64,000 nucleotides of DNA from Octopus vulgaris (taxonomy: Eukaryota): assembly GCA_951406725.2 (NCBI GenBank), contig OX597816.1, positions 73,408,001-73,472,000 on the forward strand, in the 5' to 3' direction. The notes under the pieces are model-generated. The model saw only the letters and a program-made list of their open reading frames with translations, was not told the DNA's origin and made no database searches. A program made the translations under genes and the position numbers. Of this stretch, positions 14,839-29,356 are shown piece by piece; position 1 is the first letter of the stretch; every line of letters starts with the position of its first letter.

Positions 14839-14911
<73 letters not shown>

Positions 14912-14944
14912 ATGTATATATATTTCAAAATGTAACCACATATG

Positions 14945-15122
14945 AACCGTTGACGATTTTCTTCCTCTGTCCTCCTTTCTACTGGACTTTCCTCTACATC
15001 CGAAGAAGAGCGTCTACTCGAAACGTGAAACCGTCTTTATTTCCTTCCCTGAGCGTCTGCTAATACTTTACATGTGCCACCTCCTCGCGCTGTTGTTTTT
15101 TGTGTTTGTTCTTTTTTGGATT

Positions 15123-15127
<5 letters not shown>
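14945..15127 (+). mobile_element. H1-related HHR repeat copy
   Basis: CCGAAGA-A-GAG-CGTCTA-CTC-GAAACGTG at 15000-15027, tail CCCTGAGCGTCTGCTAATAC...TTTAC(TA)n; cleavage triplet is not canonical. Confidence 0.55.
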
Positions 15128-15197
<70 letters not shown>

Positions 15198-15208
15198 GAG
15201 ATAGAGAC

Positions 15209-15273
<65 letters not shown>

Positions 15274-15420
15274 TATACATATTTATCTATACACTGCATT
15301 AACGTAGTTTAGCTGTTATTTCTAGCAATATAGATATTTCTAACACCCTAGACATATTTAATTACAATTATATTTTTCCATTTTGGTAAAACATTGCACA
15401 CTGCTGTCTATATGATATAC

Positions 15421-15494
<74 letters not shown>

Positions 15495-15664
15495 CTGCAT
15501 ACATACATCCATGTATATGGCTATATATATATAATTATCTACAATTTACAGACATCTGTCGTTGATAAATGCGCGCGCAGACACGATGTTAACACTTTTT
15601 TCATTTATTAGATTAAACAATTTTCACGAGGTTTCCCAAGCCGAACAAGGCAGGTCATCATTAA

Positions 15665-15710
<46 letters not shown>

Positions 15711-16450
15711 GTCATCATCATCATCATCATCATCATCTTTATGACCATCATCGTCTTATTAATTACTAATATACACCGATGCCATTTCAATCTGGAGACT
15801 CCAAATGTAGGATGGGAGAACAATGGGATCATGGGGTAACTGTTGCCCACCACCAACGCCACGATCACCACTGCCGCCACCACCTTCGTATCTACCATTA
15901 TTACCACCGCTACGACAGCGCCGCCACTAACACTACCGCCACCGCTACCAAGATAACTAATTCCACCATCACCATAAACATCACGTCTATGAAACTCCGC
16001 CACCACCATTAACTACTACCACTGCTGGTACCAAAAGTTTCGCTAATATCACTGTCGTTGCCGCCACCTCACCACACTCGCCGCCACTAGTTCAACCGCC
16101 ACTGTGCTCCCTTGACGGACTGGTGGGGAGAAAACAAAAAAATTTATAAGCAGAAAACAAATGCCGCCTGTATAAGAACCACCACCATCTTCATCAACAC
16201 CACAACCACCATCAACACCAACACCATCACCACCGCCCCAGTATCAGGACCACCACTATCACCACCACCACCACTATATCACGCTAATATAAAACAATGA
16301 AAAGTCCCGTTTCCAGCTTGGGGAGTTTGCAATGGCGGCGACCATCAAACAGGATCTCCATATAACTAATTAGTTTGAAACAGCTATAGAAGCAGCCATT
16401 TTTTGTTGTTCTTTTGTGTGTGCCTAAGGGTAGCTGAGCATGTGTGTGTT

Positions 16451-16506
<56 letters not shown>

Positions 16507-16575
16507 TTTGTTTTTTTTAAATAGATATCAATAAGGATTTTATTTTTGTTGTTACCTTTGCTATTATTATTATTA

Positions 16576-16765
<190 letters not shown>

Positions 16766-17325
16766 CATTTTGACTGGGTCCACAGCAAACTATAGGAGTA
16801 TTCAATGAAAATACCCCCGGTGGTTTATCTCAGCATGATTTCGAGTGATTCGTTTTCAGTAGGTCTGAAATACTGATAAAATGCTTTCCTTTTTGTTTTT
16901 TGCTGGGAGTTCGTTTTTTGATTTGTTATTTTCATTTATCATTTTTATGGGCGGGGGAAAGGGCGGGTAGGGTGGGTTAATAGATACAGTCTGGTTTGTA
17001 GATATTGAATAATTTACCTTAATGGTATGTAGTTTTTGTTTCTTCGTTTTTTCTCATGATATATTCACATACACATAAATATACATACATATGAATGTAT
17101 GTATATTAGTTTTGTGGAGTCTTCTAATAGATACTTTTGTAATTTTTTTTCTCTTTATCTTCTCCTTTTTCTATTATTTGTGTGTGATTGCTTGACTTCA
17201 TACATACATACATACATTCCTGCATGTACGTGTGTATGTATGTATATTTATTAATCAAGCAAACAGCACACACGCTTGTATGTATGTATGTATGTATGTA
17301 TATACACACACACTTGCCCATACAT

Positions 17326-17396
<71 letters not shown>

Positions 17397-17532
17397 TTTC
17401 TTTATTGGCCACACAGGGCTGAACACAGAAAGGACAAAATACTAAGTAGAGCTTTTGTTTTTAGGAAGAAGAAAAAAGAGAAAAGAAAGAAAAAAGTGAG
17501 TCGAATTCCGATCAAAAGGGATCGTGAAAAAA

Positions 17533-17610
<78 letters not shown>

Positions 17611-17754
17611 GAACATGCATATTTGATGTCTTAAAATGTGTCTTAGAATCTATATCTTTGTTGTTGCACAGAAATATATTTCCGAACTTCTAAGTTAGAA
17701 CATTACTTATGCTCGCCATACGTTTTAGAATTTTGGAGTCAACGTAGAAGTTTC

Positions 17755-17930
17755 TTTTATTCTTTTATTTGTTTCAGTCATTTGATTGTGGCCATGCTGG
17801 AGCACCACCTTCAGCCGAGCAAATCAACCCCAGGACTTATTCTTCGTAAGCCTAGTACTTATTATATCGGTCCCTCTTGCAGAACCACTAAGTGACGGGG
17901 ACGTAAACACACCACCATCGGTTGTCAAGC
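17755..17930 (-). mobile_element. SINE family B tail
   Basis: Reverse complement of ACAACCGATG...TTTACGTCCCCGT...GGTGCTCCAGCATGGCC...ATGACTGAAACAAATAAAAG. Confidence 0.8.
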
Positions 17931-18139
17931 ATCTTGCATGTGTTGCGGAAATAATAGCCTAAACTCATTTAAATCATAACATATCGTTTTTTTTTCATTA
18001 TTTCTAAAGGAAAAAAGAGTAGAATTGGCGTAAAGAATAAGTTTACCATACATGTAATAATGCATCAGGAAAAAAAAAGACAGAGATGTTGACTTTAAGG
18101 CGACACGACCATAACAACGCCTGAAAATAGCGTAACTAA

Positions 18140-18885
18140 CGGATGAGGATCGCGGTTTCGATTCCCAAACCGAGCGTTGTGTGTGTTTATTGAGCGAAAA
18201 CACCTAAAGCTCCCGAGGCTCCGGCAAGGCGTGGTGGCGACCCCTGTTGTACTCTTTCGCCCCAACTTTCTCTCACAGTTTCTTCCTGTTTTTTGTCCCC
18301 GGCTTCCTACGCAACCGCTGAGCCTGGATGGGCATTCAGCCATCCGTCGATGCTCTCGGTGTCGGAGGTTGACCTGCTTTCTCTTCTGCGGGTCTTACGA
18401 ATAGCAAAGGACCACGTTTCGGACTTCTCTCACTAGGACGAACACAACTACGCTCAACAGCAACAGCAACAGCAGGAGGCGCAATGGTCCAGTAGTTAGG
18501 GCAGCGGACTCGCGGTCGGAGGAGCGCGGTTTCGATTCTCAGACCGGGCGTTGTGTGTGTTTATTAAGTGAAAACACCTAAAGCTCCACGAGGCTCCGGC
18601 AGGGGATGGTGGCGACCCCTGTTGTACTCTTTCGCCCCAACTTTCTCTCACTCTTTCATCCTGTTTCTTGTCCCCGACTTCCTACGCAACCGCTGAGCCT
18701 GGATGCGCATTCATCCATCTGTCGATGCTGTCGGTGTCGGGGTTGACCTGCTTTCTCTTCTGCGGATCTTACGAGTAGCAAAGGACCACGTTTCGGATTT
18801 CTCCCATTACAGAGGCATGATCTTGCGCGCTCTGGGACAAAGCCCGCTTCGCTCAACAAACAAACAAACAAACAAACAAAGCAGC
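18140..18885 (+). mobile_element. Two tandem tRNA-Arg-like SINEs (family D, probably octopus OR-type)
   Basis: Full copy 18474-18885: GGAGGCGCAATGGTCCAGTAGTTAGGGCAGCGGACTCGCGG (TCG in the anticodon position), GGTTTCGATTC B box, (CAAA)n tail. The 5'-truncated copy at 18140-18470 is highly similar. Confidence 0.8.
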
Positions 18886-19519
18886 AACAGCAACGACAAC
18901 AGCAACAGTAACAACAACTTCATTCACTGAAAAGATACTGTCACTTTTCAAAGCAGAAGCATGTTCCACATTGCAGTTTTGAGAACATGAACTACGATAA
19001 AAGTATATCTAATATACTAAGTATGTGATCACATGAAAGACACAGTCTTCCTGATACCAGAAAAACTTCAGCTACAACGAATGAAGGAACCCTACGGATC
19101 CAGGATTACTCTGACCACCAAATACATGATCTCTCTTCCAATTGTTGCTTTTCAATCTATGGACGCATGGAATCTGGGGAATTAGTCATTCGCCCAAACC
19201 ATCTTTTACCACAGTCACCCATCTTTTTACAAATTCACTAGAAGGTAGTTCATCTCTCTTCACCCTTATTTTCCTTTCCAAGTGGAACTTAAAAAAAGTC
19301 GATGTGGAAGGTGTCTGTTCTCATTCCTTTCAGTATTGTCCACCACGCAACTTCTTTCGTTACAGCTGCGTGACAGGAACACCGCCTGTCCTATCTTACT
19401 GCAGGTGGGTGGTGGGACGGTCCTCACAATGGACCTGACAGATATTCGGGTTCGACCCGCACGCGATAACAGCTGCTCGACTTAACCCCACAAGTCAGCA
19501 AATAATAATAATTCCTTCA

Positions 19520-20182
19520 AGGCGGCGAGCTGGCAGAAACATTAGCACGTCGGGCGAAATGCGTAGCCGTATTTCGTCTGTCGTTACGTTGTGAGTTCAA
19601 ATTCTGCCGAGGTCGACTTTGCCTTTCATCCTTTCGGGGTCGATAAATTAAGTACCAGTTACGCACTGGGGTCGAAAATAATGAATAATAAATCCTTCTA
19701 CTATTGGCAAAAGGACTGAAAAATTAGGTAAAGGTCCAATCGATTTCATCGACTCCAGTACGCAACAGGTACTTAATTTTATTGACCTTGAAAAGCAAAG
19801 TTGACATCTGCGAGATTTGAGTTTAGAACGAAAAGAGTCAAAAGAAAATGCCACTAAGTACTTTGTCTTTCCCGTTGATTCTGCAAAGTCACCACCTTAA
19901 TAATTCGTTAGAACATCGGGGAAAAAGGCTTAGTGGCATCTCTTCCCGGGCGGCGAGCTGGCAGAATCGTTAACACGCCAGACGAAATGCTTAGCAGTAT
20001 TTCGTCTGCCGTTATGTTCTGAGTTCAAATTCTGCCTAGGTCGACTTTGCCTTTCTTTCATCCTTTCTGGGTCGGTAAAATAAGTACCGGTTGAGTACTG
20101 GGGTCGATGTAATCGACTTAATCCCTTTGTCTGTCCTTGTTTATGCCCTCTATGTTTAACCTCCTGTGGGCAATAAAGAAAT
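19520..20182 (+). mobile_element. Cluster of SINE family A copies
   Basis: GGCGGCGAGCTGGCAGAA...GAGTTCAAATTC...GTCGACTTTGCCTTTCATCCTTTCGGGGTCGATAAATTAAGTACC at 19520 and 19949, with an older inverted copy between them. Confidence 0.85.
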
Positions 20183-20505
20183 GTATAATTATGTATGAAT
20201 AATAATTTTTTTTTTTAAATTTGGCACATGGCCAGCAACTCTGAGGGGTGGGATTAGTCAATGCCATTGACTGCAGTACTTTAAAGGGTACTTTACCGAC
20301 CCTGGAAGAATAAAAAGGTGACATCGGTGGTATTTTATCTCAGAACGTAAAGAGCCGGAAGAAATAACACAGGGTATTTTGGTACTTTGATCACTCTTTA
20401 TCGATTCTGCCAGCTCATATCTCTTAAATGGTTTGTGTCTGATTTAGCCACAAGACCAGCAATTATTGGAGGTAGGAAGTTAATCGGTGCTATCTACTCC
20501 AATGT

Positions 20506-20812
20506 GGAGGCACATGGCCTAGTGGTGAGAGCAGCGGACTCGCGGTAGAGGAATCGCGGGTTCGAATCTCAGATCGAGCGTTGTGCGTGTTTATGAGCGA
20601 AAACACCTAAACTCCACGCGGCTCCAGCAGAAGGTAATGGCGAACTTCTGCTGACTCTTTCGCCACAACTTTCTCTCACTCTTTCCTCCTGCATCATGCA
20701 GCTCATCTACGACGGACCGGCGTCCCGTCCAGGTGGAGAACCTATACGACAATGAAACCAGGAAACCGGCCCTTATGAGCCAGGCATGGCTCGAGAAAGA
20801 ACAAACAACAAC
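20506..20812 (+). mobile_element. tRNA-Arg-like SINE, family D head with alternative tail; 13-bp TSD
   Basis: Head matches 18474; tail GAAACCAGGAAACCGGCCCTTATGAGCC...(AAC)n; TSD ATCTACTCCAATG / ATCGACTCCAATG. Confidence 0.85.
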
Positions 20813-20867
20813 ATCGACTCCAATGCTTGACTGATACTTTATCTTATTGACATTGGAACGATAAAGA

Positions 20868-21262
20868 GAGCGCTGGATTAACCATGAAGCAAAATAAGCA
20901 CGTACTTAGGGCATCAAGGGAAGGAGCGGGTGCCGCAGAAAAGGTGAATGGTTTACGGCACAAAAGAAATTACTTCAAACTTGCTATACGAAATGGTTTA
21001 TATGATCGGAAATATAATTTCGAAGTGTTCATGTTGTCATAGGGAGGATCTGATCGAAGTTAGAAAATCTTTCAAATATAAATTAAGTGAAAACATACGA
21101 AAATAAACATTATTTTCTATCTTATTGTTAGATTCGTTTCATTTAAAAAAATAAATAATTTACTTTATGGTTTATTATTTTTTATATTTTGAATTACATA
21201 TATACGGGAGCACCAAAATTCTTTTATTCGTTAGGGTCTCTATGGATCTTAATCCGGCCCTG
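20868..21262. mobile_element. hAT-like MITE
   Basis: Ends GAGCGCTGGATTAA / TTAATCCGGCCCTG (degenerate TIR), imperfect 8-bp TSD GATAAAGA / GATAAAAG; splits an old SINE A copy. Confidence 0.55.
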
Positions 21263-21723
21263 GATAAAAGTCAAAGTGTACCCTAAACGAGATTTGAACT
21301 CTTAACCTAAAGAGCCTAAATAAATACCTCAAAGCATTTTTTTTTTTCCGGCGCTCTCATGTTTCCCCCAGGACAACTATAATTTATATGCAACCAATTA
21401 TTGCCTCATCTCTGTCACCTCACCAGCTTATCACCAGCTTATTGTATACACTTCAATCACTTTAACCAGACCACAAACTGTCATCGCTTCGTGTTCCATA
21501 TCAGCCTTTGTTTTTTTTTGCTTTTTTATGCCATCCCGCTAACACCTCAGTCAGATTTTGGCAAACAACACTCTCTAATCTCTCACAACCGAACACCTCC
21601 TCCTCCTCCTCCTCCTCCTCCCGTCATACATCCACTACTCCTACAATCATTGTTTCTCCTCCCCTACTGCATCAAAAATCAAAAAGCCATCACTAACGCT
21701 ATCACTATCAAACATTGTCACCA

Positions 21724-21774
<51 letters not shown>

Positions 21775-21849
21775 ATGCTAAAAAAATATCACTAACGCTC
21801 TCACTGTCCCCCATCGTCGCCACAACAAGCGCCATCAGGACACTTGCCA

Positions 21850-22894
21850 CCATGTCCACTACCTCAACCGCCATCACAAAATGCACTACCACCACCGCCC
21901 CCATGACCACTGCCACCACCGCCAACGCCATTGCATCTTTCACTATCACCGCAACTATCGTCATCATAACATCAGCCCGATACTAACTCCAGCTCCACCA
22001 CCACCACCACCACAACCACCACCATCACCACCACCACCATCACTACCACCACTACCGCTGTGCTATCGGCCACCATCGCCACTAATAACATCATCGCCGC
22101 CACTAACACAACCTCCATCATAACCACCACAATCATAACCACCACCGTCACCACTGCCACCATCACCACCACTACTATCACACTACCATTGGCCACCATC
22201 ACCAGCACTACTATCGCTGTGCCATCGGCTACCATCGCCAGTAATAATGCCACCGCTGCCGCCACCACCACCATCATCATCACTACCAATATTACCACCA
22301 CCACCACCACCGCCACCATTACCACCACCACCATCATCATCACCACCAACACTATCCAACACCAACACCAATTCCACTACCACTACTACTACTACTACGA
22401 CCACACCCGCCACAATCACCACCACTACCTCCGTCACCACCACCACCACCACTGCCACCATTACCACCACCACCATCACCATCACCGCCACCATTACCAC
22501 CACCACCACCACCACCACCGCCATCATCATCATCATCATCACCACCACCAATACTATCAACACCAACACCAATACCACTACCACTACCACTACCACTACT
22601 ACTACGACGACCACACCCACCGCAATCACCACCACTACCTCCGTCACCACCACCACCCTCACCATTGCCACTACCTCCACCGTCGATGCTATCAACAACC
22701 GCTGTCCCTGCCACCAGCATCACCACCACCATCTCCACCAGACCATCCCGTCACACCATCCGTGACAGTGGATCCCCAACGGAACCAATCATTCCATTGT
22801 TAACCAACATTCAAATAGCAGTTGTAATAATCATAATATATTGACTTTAATTTCCCTGGTCGCCTGATTGATCATGTGTCAGTGCTGCTGCCGC

Positions 22895-22935
<41 letters not shown>

Positions 22936-23370
22936 GTGGCGGCAGTGTTGTGGGGGGTGGGTGCAGAGCAGTGTATAAAACTATGGTGGTGGTGGTGGTG
23001 GTGGTGGTGGTATACTGGAGAGAACGGAAGTAGAAGTGAATAGAAGTAAATGTTTTCGTGAAGTGATGACGATGATGGTGAGATGATGCTCAAAGTTATG
23101 GTGGCAGTGGTGTTGGCGACGATGCTGGTAGTGATGGTGGTGGTGGTGGGGGGGTTTGCAGTAGTGCTGCCATTGGTGACAGAACAGAGTAGGATGCTAG
23201 AAATAGAAAGCAGTAGTTGTGCTTTACAATAATGAAGGCAGCGACGTCGGCGGTGCAAATGGCAGTGGCGGCGCAGATGGCGGTGGTGGTGGTGATTGCA
23301 TCGACAGCAGCAGTGGGAGGGGGTGGCGGTGGATGAATGGATGGATGGATGCACGGACGGATGCATGGAT
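21850..23370. repeat. Degenerate (CAC/ACC/CAT)n tract followed by an oppositely oriented (GCT/GGT)n tract
   Basis: Directly visible; contains internal 130-210 bp tandem duplications (22030/22200 and 22345/22550). Confidence 0.9.
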
Positions 23371-24094
23371 TGAGGGTTTCGACGCTTGTTAAAGAGGCAA
23401 TGGCCGATGATCGTGTCAGGGGTTCACAGTGAGAGGTCAACGATTGCTCCATTGTCAGCAGGAAACCTGCTGTTTCACATCTAGAATTTTCAATCAGATC
23501 GTCAGAAAGCGAAAGGTATGTAAAATTCGTCTGTGTGTCCATCCATCTGTCCGTATTCGTATCTGCGTGCCTGTCTGCTCGTCTATCTGCATGACTGTCT
23601 ATCTGTCTGCCTGGTTCACTTGCTTGGTTGACTAGTTAGTCGGCCAGTTCACCGTCTGTACGTCTGGCCAACCGTCTGTCTGTCTGTTTGGATGGATGGA
23701 TGGATGGATGGATGGATGGATGGATGGATGGATGGATGGATGGATGGATGGATGGATGGATGGATGGATGGATGGATGGATGGATGGATGGGTGGGTGGA
23801 CGGATGGATGATTGTCCATTTGTATCTGATTGTCTCATTGATTGACGCTTGAGCTTAAACCGCATGTCCATTAGCCATAATACTATATATGTTTTTTTAA
23901 AATAATATTTGTAAAGTGTCGTTGTTGTTGATGCCTCGCCCCTAGATCAAGCCCCGATCGAGGAAGATCTACGATCAAAGGCATTTAAACAGACACCACA
24001 CTGTTTTTTTATGAGAACATTATTATCTCAATATTATTAAAGCCGGCGAAGACCGCGAAGGCGGGGAAAGCAGCGAAGACGGCGAAGGCGGCGA

Positions 24095-25990
24095 AGGCAG
24101 CGAGCTGGCAGAATGGTTAGCACACCGGGCGAAATGCTTAGCAGTATTTCGTCTGACGCTACGTTCTGAGTTCAAATTCCGCCGAGGTCGACTTTGCCTT
24201 TCATCTTTTCGAGGTCGATAAATTAAGTACCAGTTACGCACTGAGGTCGATGTAATCGACTTAAACCTTTTATCTGTCCTTGTTTGTCCCCTCTGTATTT
24301 AGCCCTTTATGGGTAGTAAAGAAATAGGTATTTCGTCTGCCGTTACGTTCCGAGTTCAAATTCCGCCGAGGTCGACTTTGCCTTTCATCTTTTCGAGGTC
24401 GATAAATTAAGTACCAGTTAAGCACTGGGGTCGATGTAATCGATTAATCCCTTTGTCTGTCCTTGTTTGTCCCTTCTATGTTTAGCCCCTTATGGGCAAT
24501 AAAGAAATAAAAAACGTTAGCACGCCGGGCGAAATGCTTTGCAGTATTTCATCTGCCGTTACGTTCTGAGTTCAAATTCTGGCGAGGTTGACTTTGCCTT
24601 TCATCCTTTCGGGATCAATAATTTAAGTACCACTTGCATACTTATCGATCTTATCGATCTAATTTGACCCCCTCCCACCAAATTTAGTAGAAATGACTAT
24701 TAAAGATGGTGAACTAGCAGAATCATTAACACGCTGGACGAACTGCTTAGTGGTGTTTCGTCCGTCCTCACGTTCTGAGTTCAAATTCCGACGAGGTTTG
24801 CCTTTCATCCTCTCGGGGTCGATTAAATAAGTACCAGTTACGCACTGGGGTTGATATAATCGACTTAATCCGTTTGTCTGTCCTTGTTTGTCCTCTCTGT
24901 GTTTAGCCCCTTGTGGGAAGTAAAGGAATAGGTATTTCGTCTGCCGCTACGTTCTGAGTTCAAATTCCGCCGAGGTCGACTTTGCCTTTCATCCTTTCGG
25001 GGTCGATATAATCGACTTAATCGACCAATTAAACACTGGGGTCGATGTAATCTACTTAATCCCTTTGCCTGTCCCTGTTTGTCCCCTCGATGTTTAGCCC
25101 CTTGTGGGCAATAAAGAAATAAGAATCGTAGCATGCCGGGCTAAACGCTTAGCGATTTTTCGTCTGCCGCTACGTTCTGAGTTCAAATTCCGCTGAGGTC
25201 GACTTTGCTTTTCACCTTTACGGGGTCGATGAAATATGTACCAGTTATGCACTGGAGCCGACGTAAACGACTAGCCCCCTTCTCCAAACATTTTTCAGTA
25301 AGACGGCGAGCTGCAGAATCGTTAGCGCCCCGGACGAAACGCTTAGCGGCATTTCGACTGTCTTCACGTTCTAAGTTCAAATCCCGTCAAGATCGGCTTT
25401 GTTTTCCATCCTTTTAGGAAGATCGATAAAATAAGGACCAGTTGAACACTAAGGTCGATATAATACACTTACCCATACCCTGAAATTGCTGGCCTGGTGC
25501 AAAAATTTGAAATCATCATTAGAAGTTATTATTATTATCAATACTCGGGTAAGGCGGTGCAGCTGGCAGGATCGTTAGCACACCGGGGAAAATACTTAGC
25601 AGCGTTTCGTCCGTCTTTACGTCCTGAGTTCGAATTCTGCGGAAGCTGGCTTTGCATTTCATCCTTTCGGGGTTAATGAAATAAGTACCATTTATGCACT
25701 GGGGTTGATGAACTCGACTAGTCCCTTCTCCCAAATTTTCAGGCATTGTACCTTTAGCATAAAGGGTTATTAATACTGGGGTAGAATCGTTAGAGCGTCC
25801 GAATAATTAGTTTGCGGTAGTTCTTCTAACTATTTGCGGTGTGGGTTCAAATTTCGCTGAGGTAAGGTCAACTTCTACCGCTTAATAAAGTAAATTACCA
25901 GTGAAGTACTGAGATTAGTTCAGTCGAATAAACCAGGGCCCACAAAATTTTAAGGTCCATGCCAATGTTAGAAACAATTAGCTGCAGGTG
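24095..25990 (+). mobile_element. Tandem array of about 9 SINE family A units
   Basis: Repeated ACGTTCTGAGTTCAAATTCCGCCGAGGTCGACTTTGCCTTTCATC units, all in the same orientation. Confidence 0.9.
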
Positions 25991-26091
25991 AAATATTCTA
26001 CTTGTTTATTTTCATTTAGTTAGTTTTTTTAAATAAATTGCTTATAATTTTAGACAACGCTTATAATAGCGCATTACATATTATATGTCTG

Positions 26092-26133
<42 letters not shown>

Positions 26134-26170
26134 TAGACATTATACAATATATATACGTGTGTATATGTAA

Positions 26171-26205
<35 letters not shown>

Positions 26206-26208
<3 letters not shown>

Positions 26209-26772
26209 TTGCGTCGGAAATTAATTAGCACTTCTCAAATTTCTACATTTTCTTACATTTTCTTAATTTAATTAACTTATTATCAGAAACGAACTCGTTT
26301 TTAATCAAAAATTTATTAAAACATATCCCAGCACACCACATAATTGTTATTAATCGTGAAATTTAGTCAATATCTTGTTGCACCTCCTTTGGCAGCAATG
26401 ACAGTCGCTACGCGGGTCGGCATGTTGTCTATGAGTGCCTGCAGGTACTGTGCAGGGATGGCCCCTCATGCAGCAAGAAGTGCCCCAAACAGCTCGTGTC
26501 GGTTCCTGTATTGCTGCACATTCAAATCCCTACCCAATCGACTCCAGAGGTTCTCAATAGGGTTCAGGTCAGGTGACTGGCTAGCACGTACTCCTCGCCA
26601 CCAAAGAGGTATCCCGTACTATCTCAACGTACTTTGCTGCGTTGATGTTGCCTTCGACGGCATAGAGCCGCCCAACACCACTGTAGCTGAACGCCCCTCA
26701 CACCATCAGACCACTTCCACCATGCTTCATGGTGAGCAAATCAAGGGTGCTAATTAATTTCTGACGGTAGTG
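26206..26772 (-). mobile_element. Internally deleted Tc1-like transposon
   Basis: TIRs CACTTGCGTCGGAAATTAATTAGCAC / GTGCTAATTAATTTCTGACGGTAGTG with TA flanks; minus strand SQSPDLNPIENLWSRL...LIDNMPTRVATVIAAKGGATRY*. Confidence 0.92.
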
Positions 26773-28038
26773 TATATATATATATATAGATATATACATA
26801 TATATATGTGTGTCTATATGTATATGTATGTATGTATGTAACACATTTTGTGTGTTTTAGAAAATATTACTACTACTGTAACTGCTGCCACTGCTACTGC
26901 TGCTGCTGCTGCCGCTACTGCTGCTACTGCTGCTACTACTGCTGCTGCTGCTGCCGCTACTGCTGCTACTGCTGCTACTACTGCTGCTGCTTTCGAATTA
27001 TTTTTTTATATATTTTCGTTATTTTTTTAACGCTTGGTTTTCATAATAATTATTAGTTATTTTCTTTATTTCTCCAATTCTAAGTGTGACAAATTAATTA
27101 ATTAATTAATAATTTTGATGCAATTTTAATTTCTTTATTCACTTATTAATAGCATGTTTTTATTTCCTCGCGCTTTTTTCTTTTTCTTTACTTCTTTTTC
27201 TATTTTTTATTATTTATTCATTTATTTTATTTATTTATTTTATTTATTTATGAATTCTCTTTAGTGTAGAAACGTGGTACACAAGTACATGTAATAATTT
27301 CTTTATTGAACTCGATTTATTAAATGCTGTAGAACGAACGGCCAATTCATTAAATAGTTTTTGTATATTTGTGTTTGTGGGGGGAGTGCTTTTGTTGTTT
27401 TGATATTAATTTTAATAGGCCTTACATATTTCATATTTGTAGATCACATTATATAATGGGATTTGCAATAGTAATTAACACAATCAAGCGTATCTACTAA
27501 ATTTTTCTAAAGGTTCGTTAACCGCTCATAATGGCCATATACCAAACATAGTCCCCTTATAAATGCTGTTAGTTTTTATTTTAATATAATTTTTCTTATT
27601 ACTTTTTTTAATGGATAAATTCTTTGAAACAAGATCAAAAACAAAGAAAAAATTTCTTATATTTGCTGGCTTCCAAATTATTTGTGATCGACAGAAAATT
27701 TTAACCCCATGTTTTAGACAGACAAAAAAAAAAAGACAATGTGTTTTCAAAGCGATATATATATATAATTATATATTTGTATTTCCTGTTTTCTTTTCTA
27801 CATATTTATCAATTCAAAATATCAGCGTTTCATTTGTTCTTTTGTTTTATCTTTATTCTATATCATATGAGCAGCACAATTCATGTATAACACCGTTTGA
27901 ATTATGTCTCTTGAAATGATACTGCACACTTTCTTCTCCCCCTTCCCTCTCTGTTTCTCCCTTACAATCACCCCCACACACTCTCCCTTGCACTCACACG
28001 CTCTCTTACTCAATCATTGTCTCTACCTATCTATCTCC

Positions 28039-28086
<48 letters not shown>

Positions 28087-28103
28087 GTCTATCTATCTAT
28101 CTA

Positions 28104-28168
<65 letters not shown>

Positions 28169-28205
28169 ATCTATATATATATATATATATATATATATCC
28201 TATCC

Positions 28206-28287
<82 letters not shown>

Positions 28288-29356
28288 ATCTATCTATCTA
28301 TCTATCTGTCTGTCTGTCTGTCTGTCTATCGGTCTGTCTATCTGTCTGTTTATCTAATTCTCTTTCTATGATAACTAGATATCCATAGGATGTCCGTTCG
28401 AAACCCCAGTATGAATTAAATTGTCGCTATTATCGACGTTGGCAAAACGGTGAGCATGCGCAATCGTTTGCGTGCCGGGCCAAATGCTTGATGGCATTTC
28501 GTCAGTCTTTACGTTCTGAGTTCAAATTCCGCCAAGGTCGACTTTGTATTTCAGCCCTTCGATATCGATAAAAGATGAATCAGTTGATCACCAGGGTCGA
28601 TGTACGCTACTTACCCTCTCCTCTGATCTTGCTGGCCTTGTGTCAAAATTTAAAACCATTATTCTCTACATTGGTAACAGAATAAAATGCCAGCAAAACA
28701 CAAGCTCTGATTCAATCAAATGTGTTGCCTTTTGCCTAAGTAAGAAATAAAAATCAGAGACCGGTGGATTGGTAGAAACGGTAGAACACTGAACAAAACG
28801 GTGGCATATTAACAGATCTGTAGAGTGCCTGACAAAATGGAGGTGAATTAACACAATCAGGAGAACGTTTGACTCAAACAGTAATCGACAGGTAGAACTT
28901 GAAGGGCATTTGACAGAATGGCGGTAGAATAAATGAATTTGTAATGCATCGAACAAAATGTTGACGAATTCGTATAACCTGTAGAAAACCGAGTAAACTG
29001 TTCTGCGGTATTTAGTTACATCTATTTACGTTCAAATCCTGCCAGAGGGGAGTTCGCTTTTCACCCTTCGTGGGTTGATAAAATGAATTAACGACAAAAT
29101 TACAAAGTTCTATCAAATTACATATGACCATGTCCAAGAATATTAGTGGCGCAAATCATTGGTTCAGATTTTTGTAATTTAGTGCTAACAATGATTGTGG
29201 AGTGAAGGCGTGTAGCCTGGTGGCTGGGGTGTTGCACTCATGATCGCAAGATCGAATCCCGGACTGGGCAATGTATGTGTTCTTGAGCAAAATACATCAT
29301 TTCGTGTTGATCCAGGTCACTAAGCTTTAAATGAGAAATTCTACGTTTCTATTCTC

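Noticed and set aside
19130-19330. Minus-strand peptide FKFHLERKIRVKRDELPSSEFVKRW resembling an L1/Tx1 ORF2 C-terminus
   Set aside because: Short, and no diagnostic motif could be verified by eye.
22060-22803. Thr/His-rich 247-aa ORF resembling a mucin or His-rich protein
   Set aside because: Open in several frames on both strands because of CAC/ACC repeats; no splice or start context.
24095-25990. Regularly repeated units resembling a CRISPR array
   Set aside because: Units are ~150-230-bp SINE copies with no unique spacers, in a eukaryotic context.
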